DNA of 64,000 nt. Source: Candidatus Nealsonbacteria bacterium (GTDB lineage: Bacteria; Patescibacteriota; Minisyncoccia; Minisyncoccales; MHMH01). Numbering within the stretch: the first letter of the stretch is position 1; each line of letters opens with the position of its first letter. The notes beneath the pieces were generated by a model. The model ran no database searches and had not been told where the DNA came from. It worked only from the letters and a program-made list of their open reading frames with translations. Positions 1 to 10,084 of the stretch are shown in pieces. The stretch covers positions 205,197 to 269,196 of the forward strand of contig JACPGX010000001.1 of NCBI GenBank assembly GCA_016188865.1, in the 5' to 3' direction. The translations under genes and the position numbers were made by a program.

Positions 1-44
1 AAAATAATAAACAGTAGATACACTGCTGCGCCTAATTTTCTCAC
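1..44 (-). CDS. 5' fragment of a hypothetical gene running off the window (MRKLGAAVYLLFII...)
   Basis: GTG at 44, preceded by GAGGAGG and by TTGACG-17-TAAGAT (117-89). Confidence 0.5.
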   Translation of the reverse strand, partial: MRKLGAAVYLLFII

Positions 45-132
45 CTTCGCCTCCTCATTTTAAATGTGCGTTTAAAACGCTATACGCCATCTTAGCGCAT
101 TCTTCACTTTCCGTCAAGGTTCTTACCGAACA

Positions 133-163
133 AAAAATACACCGGTTGAACCGGTGTATTTTT
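133..163. repeat. REP-like palindrome A, copy downstream of RAYT-1
   Basis: AAAAATACACCGGTT-G-AACCGGTGTATTTTT, abutting the stop codon. Confidence 0.95.
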
Positions 164-899
164 ATTCTAAAATTATATTTTTAATTATTTCGAAGCCGGA
201 TTTCAACTCAGTTTTATATAAAATCCAATCTTCAACAGATTTTTTAATTTTATCGGAACTGCCGAAAAATTCTGTAACGAAATCTCTTTTTGTAACTGAC
301 GGAAAATTTGGTATTCCGATATAATCTAAATAGCTAGACCAGCGATATGATTCCAAAAATTTAACAGCTTCCTCAACATCTTTTACTCCCACTTCTTTCC
401 AGTTTTTTTCTAATAATTCAAGCGGATTAGTAAATATATAACAAATCAAAGCCATTAATTGTCTATCATCTTCCACGTGAACTGCTTTAAAACGACCCTG
501 GAATAAAGCGCCAATCCCTTTTCTATTATATTTTTCATTAAAGTATCCAGTATAACCATTAGATAATTTTTTCATGAAAAGAGAAATCCCGCCATCAACT
601 AATTGATGCAAAATTAAATGGTAGTGATTTGGCATCAAACAAAAGCTAATAATCTCTACTAGCGGCTCTCTTTTATCTTTACGATCAGATACACCGGTTG
701 AACCGGTGTATTTCTTATTTTCTTTACGGATTTCTATACGGTCACGCATCTTAACTAATTTTTTATCATTTAATTCATAAAGACAAAAAATAAATCTAAA
801 ATTATCAGAGATTTGCTGAAAAATATTTCTTCTTTCTACTCCCCTATTAAAAATATGATAAATCTGGCCAGTAATAAATTTGGGTCGTTTTATTGCCAT
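162..899 (-). CDS. RAYT-type (Y1 HUH, IS200/605 TnpA-related) transposase, RAYT-1
   Basis: YHIFNRG, FCLMPNHYH (HUH), LFQGRF, YIFTNP and YRWSSY motifs. Start set at ATG 899 (MAIKRP) by analogy with RAYT-3 (MPIKRP). Confidence 0.9.
   Translation of the reverse strand: MAIKRPKFITGQIYHIFNRGVERRNIFQQISDNFRFIFCLYELNDKKLVKMRDRIEIRKENKKYTGSTGVSDRKDKREPLVEIISFCLMPNHYHLILHQLVDGGISLFMKKLSNGYTGYFNEKYNRKGIGALFQGRFKAVHVEDDRQLMALICYIFTNPLELLEKNWKEVGVKDVEEAVKFLESYRWSSYLDYIGIPNFPSVTKRDFVTEFFGSSDKIKKSVEDWILYKTELKSGFEIIKNIILE
689..711. repeat. Palindrome A, in-frame copy inside RAYT-1
   Basis: ATACACCGGTTGAACCGGTGTAT, translated as KYTGSTGVS. Confidence 0.95.
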
Positions 900-923
900 A
901 CCTAATTTAATATACCACATAAG

Positions 924-946
924 ATACACCGGTTCAACCGGTGTAT
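924..946. repeat. Palindrome A, copy upstream of RAYT-1 (opposite orientation)
   Basis: ATACACCGGTT-C-AACCGGTGTAT. Confidence 0.95.
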
Positions 947-960
947 GTTGCGGAAAAAAG

Positions 961-987
961 AAAGAGCGAGAAGTGTTCTCGCTCTTT
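961..987 (-). terminator. Intrinsic terminator after ftsH
   Basis: AAAGAGCGAGAA-GTG-TTCTCGCTCTTT hairpin with A/T tracts on both sides. Confidence 0.75.
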
Positions 988-997
988 TATTCTAAGA

Positions 998-2803
998 TTA
1001 TTTAATCTGGGGGCAAACGGCTTCAATCTCTTCCTGTCCAAGGGTTTCAACGGCTAAAAGTCTGTCAAATAATTCCCCGGCTTCTTTTCCCCTTTGCGTC
1101 AAAATATCTCTGGCTTTTGCATAACCTTCCCTGATAATCTTATCCACTTCATCGTCTATGCGCTTAAGGGTTTGCGGACTGACGTCTTCTTTTCTGGACA
1201 CCTCCCTACCCAAAAAAATCTCTTCCTCTTTTGCTCCGAAAACTCTTGGCCCCAAACTAGACATTCCCCATTCGCAAACCATTTTTTGAGCCAAGTCAGT
1301 GGCTTTTCTTAGGTCGTCTTCGGCGCCGGTTGATTTAGTCTTGCAGAAAATTTCTTCAGCTGCCCGGCCGCCTAGCAATTCGGAAATAAAATTCAAAAGA
1401 TACTCGTGTCTATAAAGATGCCTATCTTCATCGGGCAAGCTAAGAGTTTGGCCCAATGAAGTTTCTCTGGCAGTAATAGAAATTTTTCTGACAGGATCTG
1501 CGCCCGGCAGAGATTTGGAAACTACGGTATGGCCAACTTCATGAAAGGCTACAAGTTCCTTTTCATTAGCGCTCATTACCAGCTTTCTTCCCTTGCCCAA
1601 TAAAATCCTGTCTACAGCTTGGAAAAAATGGGCTTGGGCAATCGCTGCAACTCCGTCTTTAGCGGCAATAATAGCTGCTTCATTTGTCATATTTTCCAAA
1701 TCAGCTCCGCTGACTCCCGGCAAACTTTTAGCAAGAACTTCCAGATTAACATCGCCTGCCAAAGGTTTATTATTGGTATGAACCCTAAGAATCGCTTCCC
1801 TACCCCTGACATCGGGCCTGTTGACAACCACTTTTTTGTCGAAACGGCCCGGCCTTAGCAGGGCAGGATCCAGAATATCTGGCCTATTGGTGGCAGCTAT
1901 GACAATAACATTAGTTCTTGGATCAAACCCGTCCATTTCAACGAAAATTTGATTTAAGGTTTGCTCTCTTTCATCGTGAGCATTGCCCAAACCCGAACCA
2001 CGATGACGGCCGACAGCGTCAATCTCATCAATAAAAAGTATTGAAGGAGCTTGGTGCTTGGCTCGCGCGAATAAGTCCCTAACTCTGCTGGCTCCCACGC
2101 CGACAAACATTTCCACAAATTCCGAACCAGACATATGGAAAAATGGCACTCCGGCTTCGCCGGCTATGGCTTTGGCCAGCAAGGTTTTGCCGGTGCCCGG
2201 AGGTCCTGAAAGCAGCACTCCTCTCGGAATCCTGGCTCCAAGTTTTTGATATTTTTCCGGATGTTTCAAAAAATCAACGATATCTTGAAGTTCTTCTTTA
2301 ACTTCGTCAATACCAGCAACATCATCAAATCTTTCTCTCGGCGGCTTATCATCAGTAGCTGTTGAGCGAGCTAAACTTTTGGCAAAAGTTTTCGCTCCAT
2401 TTACTTGCCGGGCAGATCCCCATCGAGTTATAAGAACATACACAACAACAAAACCAAGCATCCACCAAATCCAGGAATAGGAAGGAGGCTGGGGCTTAAT
2501 TTTGAACAAACCGGCCTGTTTTGCTTTATCAAACAGCTCGCTATAAGCATGCGCTGGGAAATACGCTTTATAATTTTTGCCATCTTTTAGCGTGACCTGA
2601 ATAATGGCGCTGGAATCTTTATTAATATTTTCATGGGCAATAACTGAAGTGACTTCCCCGGGCTGGTCTAATTTTGCTAAGAAATCTTCATAAGTTATAC
2701 TTTCAGCCGGAGGCTGCGACATTGTGGTGATGCCCCAATAAAGCAAAGCGAACAGCATCAATAACCCGATAATCAATATCCAGTTAAACTTCACTTTACT
2801 CAT
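998..2803 (-). CDS. ftsH: ATP-dependent zinc metalloprotease FtsH
   Basis: Two TM segments, Walker [15 protein letters not shown], second region of homology, HEVGH zinc motif. Confidence 0.97.
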   Translation of the reverse strand: MSKVKFNWILIIGLLMLFALLYWGITTMSQPPAESITYEDFLAKLDQPGEVTSVIAHENINKDSSAIIQVTLKDGKNYKAYFPAHAYSELFDKAKQAGLFKIKPQPPSYSWIWWMLGFVVVYVLITRWGSARQVNGAKTFAKSLARSTATDDKPPRERFDDVAGIDEVKEELQDIVDFLKHPEKYQKLGARIPRGVLLSGPPGTGKTLLAKAIAGEAGVPFFHMSGSEFVEMFVGVGASRVRDLFARAKHQAPSILFIDEIDAVGRHRGSGLGNAHDEREQTLNQIFVEMDGFDPRTNVIVIAATNRPDILDPALLRPGRFDKKVVVNRPDVRGREAILRVHTNNKPLAGDVNLEVLAKSLPGVSGADLENMTNEAAIIAAKDGVAAIAQAHFFQAVDRILLGKGRKLVMSANEKELVAFHEVGHTVVSKSLPGADPVRKISITARETSLGQTLSLPDEDRHLYRHEYLLNFISELLGGRAAEEIFCKTKSTGAEDDLRKATDLAQKMVCEWGMSSLGPRVFGAKEEEIFLGREVSRKEDVSPQTLKRIDDEVDKIIREGYAKARDILTQRGKEAGELFDRLLAVETLGQEEIEAVCPQIK

Positions 2804-2848
2804 TGCGTCCTCCCTGACGATTTGTAAAGGTACTTTTTAAAAGTAGCA

Positions 2849-4159
2849 CTATTCAGTGCGGGATTCAAGTACAACCTTAAAAATCAATTCTTTTCCGCTC
2901 CTAAAAACTTTCAGGACAACTTCATCTCCAGAATTATATTTTTGCATGATTTTTGCCAAAGAATTTTCAGCAGTTATTTTTTCACTATTGAATTCTAAAA
3001 TAATATCTGCCTCTTTAAGGCCTGCTTTTTCTGCGGCAGAATTAGGCAAAATAGCAGCTTCTCCCTTGCCGGTTACAAGCCAAGCGCCGTAAGAAACTGG
3101 CAAGTTATTATCTTGCTGAATTTTTTCTGTGATAATGGTGTATTTTATTCCTAAAAAGGGATAAATAATTTTCCCTGAATATTTAACTTGCTCAATATCT
3201 CTTTTAGCTTTATTGACCGGTATGGCAAAGCCAATGTTTTGAGCTTCAAGGACTGTGGCCGTGTTGATTCCAACGACTTCGCCCATTAAATTCAAAAGGG
3301 GGCCGCCCGAATTGCCTTTGTTGATTGCCGCATCTGTTTGAATAACATCCTCAATGGTTTCCACTAGACCGCCGCCTTCGGCAGTAATTGTTCTGCCCAA
3401 ACCGGAAATTACTCCAACGGAAATGGTATTCCTAAATTCGCCTAAAGCGTTTCCAATGGTAATGACTGTTTGGCCAATCTGCAGTTTGTCAGAATTACCG
3501 AGCTCAACCACTGGAAAATATTTTTGAATCAGCTGGCCCGAATCGTCAATTCGGCTTTTCGTTTCAATTCTTAATACGGCTAAATCCTGTAGAGGATCTC
3601 TAGCTAAAACTTTTGCTGAAAACTTTTTTCCATCATTGGTAAAAACAGTGTAATCCGCTTCCTCGTCTAGAACTACGTGTTTATTAGTTAAAATCATGCC
3701 ATCTTCAGAAACAATGAAGCCGGTACCTCCGCCAATTTCTTTCTTTTCCGTTCCTATTTGGCGCTTCTGAGGAACGCCAAAATTAAAAGGCTCCCCAAAA
3801 ATCTGTTCAAATTCCTGAAAAGGATTAATGTAATACTGCTCAAAAACCGGCAAATCCTTGCTAATAACAATGCTAACTACAGCCGGAGAGGCAGTTTTAA
3901 TCACATTGATAATTTTTTCCTCTTCAGTAGTTTGAGGAATATATTCTTTTTCAATTGCTTTTTCTGGAGATGGGGTGCTAAACTTTGAAAGATAGTCTTT
4001 GGCTTCAAAATAAAAAACGCTGCCGGAAATAATGCCTGCCAAAAAGCCAAAAAATGAAGACGCAAAAATAATGGATGCAAAAATCCAAAAAGTCTTATTT
4101 TTCCAGAACTTGGGGAATTTTATTTTTATATTAGGAGAATCCAAATCGTAAAGCGTCAT
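2849..4159 (-). CDS. HtrA/DegP-family serine protease with PDZ domain
   Basis: N-terminal TM, TNKHVV, DLAV, TDAAINKGNSGGPL, C-terminal PDZ. Confidence 0.95.
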   Translation of the reverse strand: MTLYDLDSPNIKIKFPKFWKNKTFWIFASIIFASSFFGFLAGIISGSVFYFEAKDYLSKFSTPSPEKAIEKEYIPQTTEEEKIINVIKTASPAVVSIVISKDLPVFEQYYINPFQEFEQIFGEPFNFGVPQKRQIGTEKKEIGGGTGFIVSEDGMILTNKHVVLDEEADYTVFTNDGKKFSAKVLARDPLQDLAVLRIETKSRIDDSGQLIQKYFPVVELGNSDKLQIGQTVITIGNALGEFRNTISVGVISGLGRTITAEGGGLVETIEDVIQTDAAINKGNSGGPLLNLMGEVVGINTATVLEAQNIGFAIPVNKAKRDIEQVKYSGKIIYPFLGIKYTIITEKIQQDNNLPVSYGAWLVTGKGEAAILPNSAAEKAGLKEADIILEFNSEKITAENSLAKIMQKYNSGDEVVLKVFRSGKELIFKVVLESRTE

Positions 4160-5631
4160 TTTTTAAATTTTTGATTGTAATCGTCAACTGCAGCTTTTAA
4201 AGCTGACTTAGCTAAGTAAGAGCAATGAACTTTAGCCGGCGGAACTTCACCAAGCTCTTTGACGATATCTTTATAGTCGATTTTTAATGCCTCTTCAATT
4301 GTTTTTCCTTTAACCACTTCGCACATTATATCAGAAATGCTTATGGCGTGCCCGCAATTATGTACCGCAAAACCTTTAACTAAATAAGAATTGGGCGTTC
4401 CGTCTACCAACATATTATATACATATCCTGCATATTTGCTTCTAATTATTTTTTTGATGGGCACAAGGAAATAATTTTTCGTGAAATAAACAAAATTATG
4501 ACCTTTTCTTTTCAGCCTAAAGAAAACATCGTAAATCGGCCCAGATGACACCTTGCGACCTTCTATATAATTTCTCGATGGGTCAAATTTTCTTTTTCTA
4601 ATACTGGAAAATATCTTGCATCTCGCCAAAATTTCTTGCATTTGGATGGCCAAATCTTTGGAGGCGGTCGTTATCTCGTATCGCGGATAATCTCCCACTC
4701 TCCGTACCGAAGACGAGCCATCTCCTTTAATATAAGTTTTAATCATTTCCCATTGTTTTTTAGACGGCAAAACTAGTATCTCATCAGCTAATTTCTTTTG
4801 AGTAGCGTAGCTTCCGCAAATTTTCTTAAAAAATTTACACCACTGCCTAGAGCAAATATAAATTTCGATGACATTGCCCCTAATTCTTTCTTTGGGAACC
4901 TTTTTTGTAACATCGATAAGTAATTTCTGGAGCTCTGCAATATTATCTTTTTCATTTTTATTAAGGGAGAAGTTTAATGCTCCACTATTAGCCGTAACGT
5001 ATCCCTCTGCCAGATAATAACCGATTAATTTCATTATTTTTGAAGTAAATTGAGGATTGTCTTTTATTTTTCTATTAGAAACATAAACAAGGTAATCACC
5101 CCTTACTAATTCTCCGGCGAATACAGGGTCGGGTTTTTTAGACAAAAGCTCATCTTTTTTAATTTTGAGCCAATCGCATTTTTTGTTATAGCGTCGAGCA
5201 GATTTAAGCTTATTCCTTTTTATGCAAAACACTGGATGTTCGGAAGTGACAGAAAATTTATTAAATGGTGAAACAAAAGGCAGTAAAGTCAACATCGGAC
5301 CGCTATATTTTCTTTTAAATGTTTTGAGCACTGTCGTTGCTCGACCATTGCTATTTAAAACTGTTTTACCTTTCTTAATTGTAGAAATTGCACCCCAATC
5401 TCCCTCATTAAATAACACTTCTCCTTTAGGCGGTAGACATCCAAAAGTTTCGAACTTTACATCTTCAATAATTTCTTTTCCTCCGACTTTCTTTACTTTT
5501 ATGTACATTTTCATAACGTCTCCGCAGCGCATATTCTGGGTATCGCCAATGCCCGAGGCATCTTTAATTTTACCCATATTTTTAGGATGAAGAAAATGCT
5601 CTATGACTTTTTTGCTATAGTAAGGTTTCAT
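4156..5631 (-). CDS. iscU: Fe-S scaffold IscU/NifU-N interrupted by an intein (spliced product 130 aa)
   Basis: YSKKVIEHFLHPKN, CGDVM, FETFG|C and KVHC motifs; adjacent to iscS. Confidence 0.93.
   Translation of the reverse strand: MKPYYSKKVIEHFLHPKNMGKIKDASGIGDTQNMRCGDVMKMYIKVKKVGGKEIIEDVKFETFGCLPPKGEVLFNEGDWGAISTIKKGKTVLNSNGRATTVLKTFKRKYSGPMLTLLPFVSPFNKFSVTSEHPVFCIKRNKLKSARRYNKKCDWLKIKKDELLSKKPDPVFAGELVRGDYLVYVSNRKIKDNPQFTSKIMKLIGYYLAEGYVTANSGALNFSLNKNEKDNIAELQKLLIDVTKKVPKERIRGNVIEIYICSRQWCKFFKKICGSYATQKKLADEILVLPSKKQWEMIKTYIKGDGSSSVRRVGDYPRYEITTASKDLAIQMQEILARCKIFSSIRKRKFDPSRNYIEGRKVSSGPIYDVFFRLKRKGHNFVYFTKNYFLVPIKKIIRSKYAGYVYNMLVDGTPNSYLVKGFAVHNCGHAISISDIMCEVVKGKTIEEALKIDYKDIVKELGEVPPAKVHCSYLAKSALKAAVDDYNQKFKK
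4357..5439 (-). mobile_element. Intein, 361 aa, with LAGLIDADG homing endonuclease
   Basis: Starts CLPP; block B VTSEHP; LIGYYLAEG and YIKGDG endonuclease motifs; ends VYNMLV...VHN followed by Cys+1. Confidence 0.93.
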
Positions 5632-5658
5632 ACGATTAAAGATTTCCTAAACCGATTT

Positions 5659-5681
5659 AATATTTGGAGGTCCCCTCCCCG
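5659..5681. repeat. Degenerate half copy of palindrome family D
   Basis: AATATTTGGAGGTCC--CCTCCCCG versus AATATTGGGAGGTCCGACCTCCCG (reverse complement of 9052-9075). Confidence 0.55.
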
Positions 5682-5687
5682 AATTCG

Positions 5688-6839
5688 TTATTTATAGCCA
5701 GATATTTGCCTCAATCTCTGTATAACCTGCGGTAGAACTTTTAAAAACTTGGTAATCTCTTCTTGGGTTGTGTATCTCCCCAAGGTAATCCTTAGGGAAC
5801 CGTGGGCTTCTTCGTGAGAAAGGCCTAAGGCCAAAAGCACATGGGACGGCTCTAGGCTCTTTGCCGAGCAAGCGGAGCCCGTAGAAACGGCAATGCCTTT
5901 TTGGTCTAAAGCTATGACCATAGCTTCCCCCTCCGCCCCATCTATGGTGACATTAATGTTATTAGGCAAACGCTGGATCGGCGAGCCGTTCAATTTAGAG
6001 TCAGAAACAATCTTTAAAATTGTCTTAATCAATTTATCGCGAAATTGCCTGATCCTTATAATATTAATTTTGATTTTTGGGTTTTGAGTTTCTTCGATGG
6101 CAGCTCCCAAGCCGACAATTGCAGGCACATTTTCAGTGCCCGACCTTCTGCCCTGTTCTTGGCCGCCGCCGTAAATTAGCGGGTTTAACAAAATTCCCTT
6201 TTTTACAAAAAGAGCCCCTACGCCTTTTGGCCCGTAAATTTTGTGGCCGCTTAGCGTCAGCAAATCTACGCCAAGTTTTTTTACGTCGCAGTCTAAATAA
6301 TTTGCCGCCTGCACCGCATCGGTATGAAAATATATTTTATTTTTCCGAGCTTTTAGCAATTCTCCAATCTCGGCAATGGGTTGTATGGTGCCAATTTCGT
6401 TATTGGCGTACATTATGGAAACCAAAATAGTATTTAGCTTAATAGCTTTTTCAACATCGGAAACTTTCACTAAGCCATCTTTGTCTACCGGCAAGTAAGT
6501 CACTTCCACTCCTTCTTTTTCTAGCTTTTGGCATGGCTCTAAAATAGCATGATGCTCAATCTGCGTCGTAATTATGTGATCGCCTTTTTTAATTAAGCCG
6601 AAAATTGCTAGATTATTTGCTTCAGTGGCAGAACCGGTAAAAATAACTTCGTCAAGCTCGCAACCTAAAAAACTCGCTACTTTTTGCCGAGCATCGTCAA
6701 TGGCGGCAATAGCCTTCTGGCCAAAACTATGTATAGAAGAGGGATTGCCAAAATCCTTTTTAAAGTAAGTCTTCATCGCCTCCATGACCTTAGGGTCAAC
6801 GGGCGTGGTAGACGCGTAGTCTAAATAAATCTTTGGCAT
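5688..6839 (-). CDS. iscS: Cysteine desulfurase
   Basis: YLDYASTTP, HTDAVQ, SGHKIYGPKG (PLP Lys), STGSAC. Confidence 0.96.
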   Translation of the reverse strand: MPKIYLDYASTTPVDPKVMEAMKTYFKKDFGNPSSIHSFGQKAIAAIDDARQKVASFLGCELDEVIFTGSATEANNLAIFGLIKKGDHIITTQIEHHAILEPCQKLEKEGVEVTYLPVDKDGLVKVSDVEKAIKLNTILVSIMYANNEIGTIQPIAEIGELLKARKNKIYFHTDAVQAANYLDCDVKKLGVDLLTLSGHKIYGPKGVGALFVKKGILLNPLIYGGGQEQGRRSGTENVPAIVGLGAAIEETQNPKIKINIIRIRQFRDKLIKTILKIVSDSKLNGSPIQRLPNNINVTIDGAEGEAMVIALDQKGIAVSTGSACSAKSLEPSHVLLALGLSHEEAHGSLRITLGRYTTQEEITKFLKVLPQVIQRLRQISGYK

Positions 6840-6871
6840 GTTTAGGTTATATTTAATATTTTACACTAACT

Positions 6872-8428
6872 TTATTTATTTTCAACCACCTTCCTGAATT
6901 TTTCAGTCGGAAAAAAGCCCATATACTTTCCCAGCATTAATCTAGTTTGGGCATCAATGGCCGGAATCGCCCCGAAAATCACTAAAGCAACTGGAAGAAA
7001 AAGCCATTGGGTCGCCATTGATAATAACTTTTTACGGGTAAAATGAAAAGCGCTGAAGCGAAGCAATAATGTGCTTACAATAATGCCTGCTACCAAACCT
7101 ACCAATGCTAATGTCATTAAATTGCTAGTTATCTGGGGAAGATTATAAGATAGGACCATTCCATTAAAATCGCTGCGCCCAAGCAGCAAGGGCAGCCAGC
7201 CCAAAAAAAGCAATAATAAGGCATTAGTCCCCCAGGCCCAAAAAGATTCTATCATTAAGAAGGCGTAGCGGAATTTTTTACGTAAAGATATTTTGTTATT
7301 TTTTAGAAATCCGAAAAGCAAATAAGGAATGCCTTCAGAGCCCCAGGCCCAGCGCCGCTGCTGTTTGTATTGATTAATAGCTGTCTGCCATGCATTCTTG
7401 GCAACGCAGGAATCCATTGATAAAGGATAATGAATCGGAATAATTTGGTAATCGCCGTCGTAAAATAAAAAAGCCTTCCAAAAAATTCCTGCGTCTTCTG
7501 AAACCACATTTTTTTGCCAAAAACCAATTTCCACCAATGCTTTAAAGCTCATTGAGTGAGATGAATAAGTGGTCAACTTTTCCGGCCTCTGCTGCTGCAT
7601 CATCTGCCAAAAAACATTAGAGGAAGAAACTATCCTGGAAAAAAATGGGGCCTCCAAAATATTGTTGAAATAAAGGGGAATCGGCTGAAAGCTTGATCTA
7701 ACTGCATCTTTGCTGGTCAAATAGTAGTAAGTCAAACAGTTGAAATATTGAGGATAGACTTGCGTGTCAGCGTCAAAACAGGAAACAATAATATTTTGAT
7801 AAGGAATTTTTAATTTATCGATAATCTCTTTCTTCGCCTGCCTGCCAGCCCAGCTTTCATTGGAACCTTTCCCGGCAATTTCGCCTTCAATGCCTTTGGG
7901 ATGGCGGGTTACCAGTAAACGGAAAAATTTATTTCCAAATTCTTTTTTTATTCCTTCTGCCATCTCTCTTGCTTGCAATTCAGCCCTTTCTTCTGTGGCC
8001 AGCACTGCAATTATTTTATCTTTCGGATATTTGCTGACAGCCAAAGCTTTAAAAGAGCCGCGCATTACTCTTAAATCTTCTTTATATGTCGGAAAAATCA
8101 CCAAATGGTATACTTCTTCCCAATTAGCCGCCGGCAGCTGATTTAATTTCTCTTGCCAATCAATATTTAAATTTTTTTTCATTTGCCTGTATTCTAAAGT
8201 TAAATGCAGCACAAAATGAATAGTCCTTAGCAGCCAATAAACGCAAAATCCGATGATAAAATAAGCAACAAAAACCGGAAAAAGCCAGGAAAAAACAGGC
8301 ATGCCGATTAAAGTGCTCCAAATTAAAACGCCGGGCAAAATTTCAAAAGCCCGATAAACTATTCTTTCTTTTTTATCTTTCAAATCAGTCGCTCTGCCGA
8401 TATTAATGTAATATTTATGAATAACCAT
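6872..8428 (-). CDS. Membrane-bound GT2-family glycosyltransferase
   Basis: DAD, SED and QQRRW motifs with flanking TMs. Start moved to ATG 8428 (TAATG overlap with the upstream stop). Confidence 0.85.
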   Translation of the reverse strand: MVIHKYYINIGRATDLKDKKERIVYRAFEILPGVLIWSTLIGMPVFSWLFPVFVAYFIIGFCVYWLLRTIHFVLHLTLEYRQMKKNLNIDWQEKLNQLPAANWEEVYHLVIFPTYKEDLRVMRGSFKALAVSKYPKDKIIAVLATEERAELQAREMAEGIKKEFGNKFFRLLVTRHPKGIEGEIAGKGSNESWAGRQAKKEIIDKLKIPYQNIIVSCFDADTQVYPQYFNCLTYYYLTSKDAVRSSFQPIPLYFNNILEAPFFSRIVSSSNVFWQMMQQQRPEKLTTYSSHSMSFKALVEIGFWQKNVVSEDAGIFWKAFLFYDGDYQIIPIHYPLSMDSCVAKNAWQTAINQYKQQRRWAWGSEGIPYLLFGFLKNNKISLRKKFRYAFLMIESFWAWGTNALLLLFLGWLPLLLGRSDFNGMVLSYNLPQITSNLMTLALVGLVAGIIVSTLLLRFSAFHFTRKKLLSMATQWLFLPVALVIFGAIPAIDAQTRLMLGKYMGFFPTEKFRKVVENK

Positions 8429-9009
8429 TATTTCTTGAATTCTTCTTTTGGCTTCAATATGCCGACGGCTGCAGCTAAAATAATTACAATTATTGTGAGA
8501 GTGAAAAATAAACCAATAATCCACAGCCATTCTTTCAATAATGCCAGAGAAAACTTTGCGTATAGCAAGGCGGAAATCATTAAAGCGAACCAGTAATCGA
8601 CTGGCAAATGCAAAAACCATTTTTTATGCCACAAAACATGCTCTCCCCAAAAACTTCTAAAATCGTACTTGGGATTAACAACAAACCACAGGAAATCCCA
8701 GATAATCACAACCAAAAATAGAAAAGAAAGGGCAGTGAATTCTGAAGAAAAATTCCATACTTTTCCAGCGAAATACGGATAATGCATGAAAATAAAAACC
8801 AGGCTAAAAACCAGCAAATGGTAAAGCGTCAATTCCCTGCCGCCCATAAACTTTCCATAAAGACGCGAATACCACTTAGATGAGACGGGCTTCCAAGTAG
8901 GCAAATTAGCCGCCCAGCCGGCTGCGCCCTCTATTTGCGTTTCCAAACCGGCCAGCACCAGACAGAACAAAAAAAGAAAAATAATTTGAATAAATAAATG
9001 AAAATCCAT
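8428..9009 (-). CDS. Hypothetical integral membrane protein
   Basis: 193-aa hydrophobic ORF within the operon. Confidence 0.8.
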   Translation of the reverse strand: MDFHLFIQIIFLFLFCLVLAGLETQIEGAAGWAANLPTWKPVSSKWYSRLYGKFMGGRELTLYHLLVFSLVFIFMHYPYFAGKVWNFSSEFTALSFLFLVVIIWDFLWFVVNPKYDFRSFWGEHVLWHKKWFLHLPVDYWFALMISALLYAKFSLALLKEWLWIIGLFFTLTIIVIILAAAVGILKPKEEFKK

Positions 9010-9025
9010 AAAATTTTATTTGAAT

Positions 9026-9067
9026 GAGGTCCGACCTCCCGACAAATATGACGGGAGGTCGGACCTC
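9026..9067. repeat. Palindrome family D doublet (REPIN-like), intergenic
   Basis: GAGGTCCGACCTCCCG-N10-CGGGAGGTCGGACCTC. Confidence 0.9.
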
Positions 9068-9073
9068 CCAATA

Positions 9074-10084
9074 TTACTGAAACAGCTTTTTGGCTTCTTC
9101 CCAGATTTCTAGCTGATTCTGTTTCTCTTTCATCCAATACCACCATTCTGCTCCCCAGAAATAGATTTCCTTTAAACCTGTATCTCTGGCAAATCTAACA
9201 TTCTTTTGAAACTGCTCTAAACTCATCGTTTTTTTCTGCTCCTCTGGCAGACAATCGGCAATGCCTTGCGGACACCAGGGCTCCGCCTGAAGTTCGCCCA
9301 CAAACACTTCTTTGCCGAAAAATTTCTTTATAATTTGGGCTCTCCTCCAGTAGAAAATAGGCCTCAATGGATAGGTAATATAGGCTTTTATCTCTCCGAA
9401 CAAAACTTTCCGATGTAAGGTGGTGCTGACCATATCTCCCAGTTTAGCTGCTTTAATCCAAAAGGAAAACTCACCGCTGTCAGAAATAATCGCTGGTCTT
9501 GTTGGGTCTAAAGATTTTATCAGTTCTGTCTCTTTTTTCAAGAAATTTTTATCGAGCCTAATTGAGCATTCTCCGAACGGAAAAAATGGCTCATTCTCCA
9601 CCTGCCACGCCCAAATGGTCTTATTATCTTTATATCTATTTATTATTTTTTCTAAATATTCCAATAAAAAATTTCGACTTTTGATCCGCCAGCTGGCGGA
9701 TTGATTCTGAACTCTAATCCATTCAGGTTCATGGCATTCCGGCCAGCGGCCCGTCTTCACGCCAACTACCAGCAAAACATTTATCCCTCTTTTTTGGGCT
9801 TGCTCTATCTGCCAATCTAAATCTCCAAAATCATATTTTCCCTCTTTTTGCTCAATCAAATCCCAAAAAGTCAGTATCTTTATCTTTTTTACTCCAAGTT
9901 CATCGAGTAAAGCCAAATAGGTCCCCTGCCAATCCAACCCTAAATATTTAGCATGCTTTTGGGAAAAATTAACTCCCCAACTGATATCTGCGGCCGGCTT
10001 TACTGTACCAATAGATAAATAGCCGGCAAAAAGCAAAATAATATTTAAAATTCCGAATATAATCATTTTTATGATTCTTCTCAT
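9074..10084 (-). CDS. Membrane-anchored clan GH-A glycoside hydrolase (GH5/GH42-like)
   Basis: W..IEQKEGKYDF, QVENEP (acid/base), GELQAEPW (nucleophile). Confidence 0.8.
   Translation of the reverse strand: MRRIIKMIIFGILNIILLFAGYLSIGTVKPAADISWGVNFSQKHAKYLGLDWQGTYLALLDELGVKKIKILTFWDLIEQKEGKYDFGDLDWQIEQAQKRGINVLLVVGVKTGRWPECHEPEWIRVQNQSASWRIKSRNFLLEYLEKIINRYKDNKTIWAWQVENEPFFPFGECSIRLDKNFLKKETELIKSLDPTRPAIISDSGEFSFWIKAAKLGDMVSTTLHRKVLFGEIKAYITYPLRPIFYWRRAQIIKKFFGKEVFVGELQAEPWCPQGIADCLPEEQKKTMSLEQFQKNVRFARDTGLKEIYFWGAEWWYWMKEKQNQLEIWEEAKKLFQ

Noticed and set aside
162..929. Classical IS200/IS605 insertion sequences
   Set aside because: No tnpB, the three proteins are divergent rather than identical copies, and the motifs and multiple palindromes fit RAYTs.
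8931..9146. 71-aa ORF with peptide similarity to TsaD
   Set aside because: The similarity is only the translated family D repeat, and the ORF overlaps two real genes.
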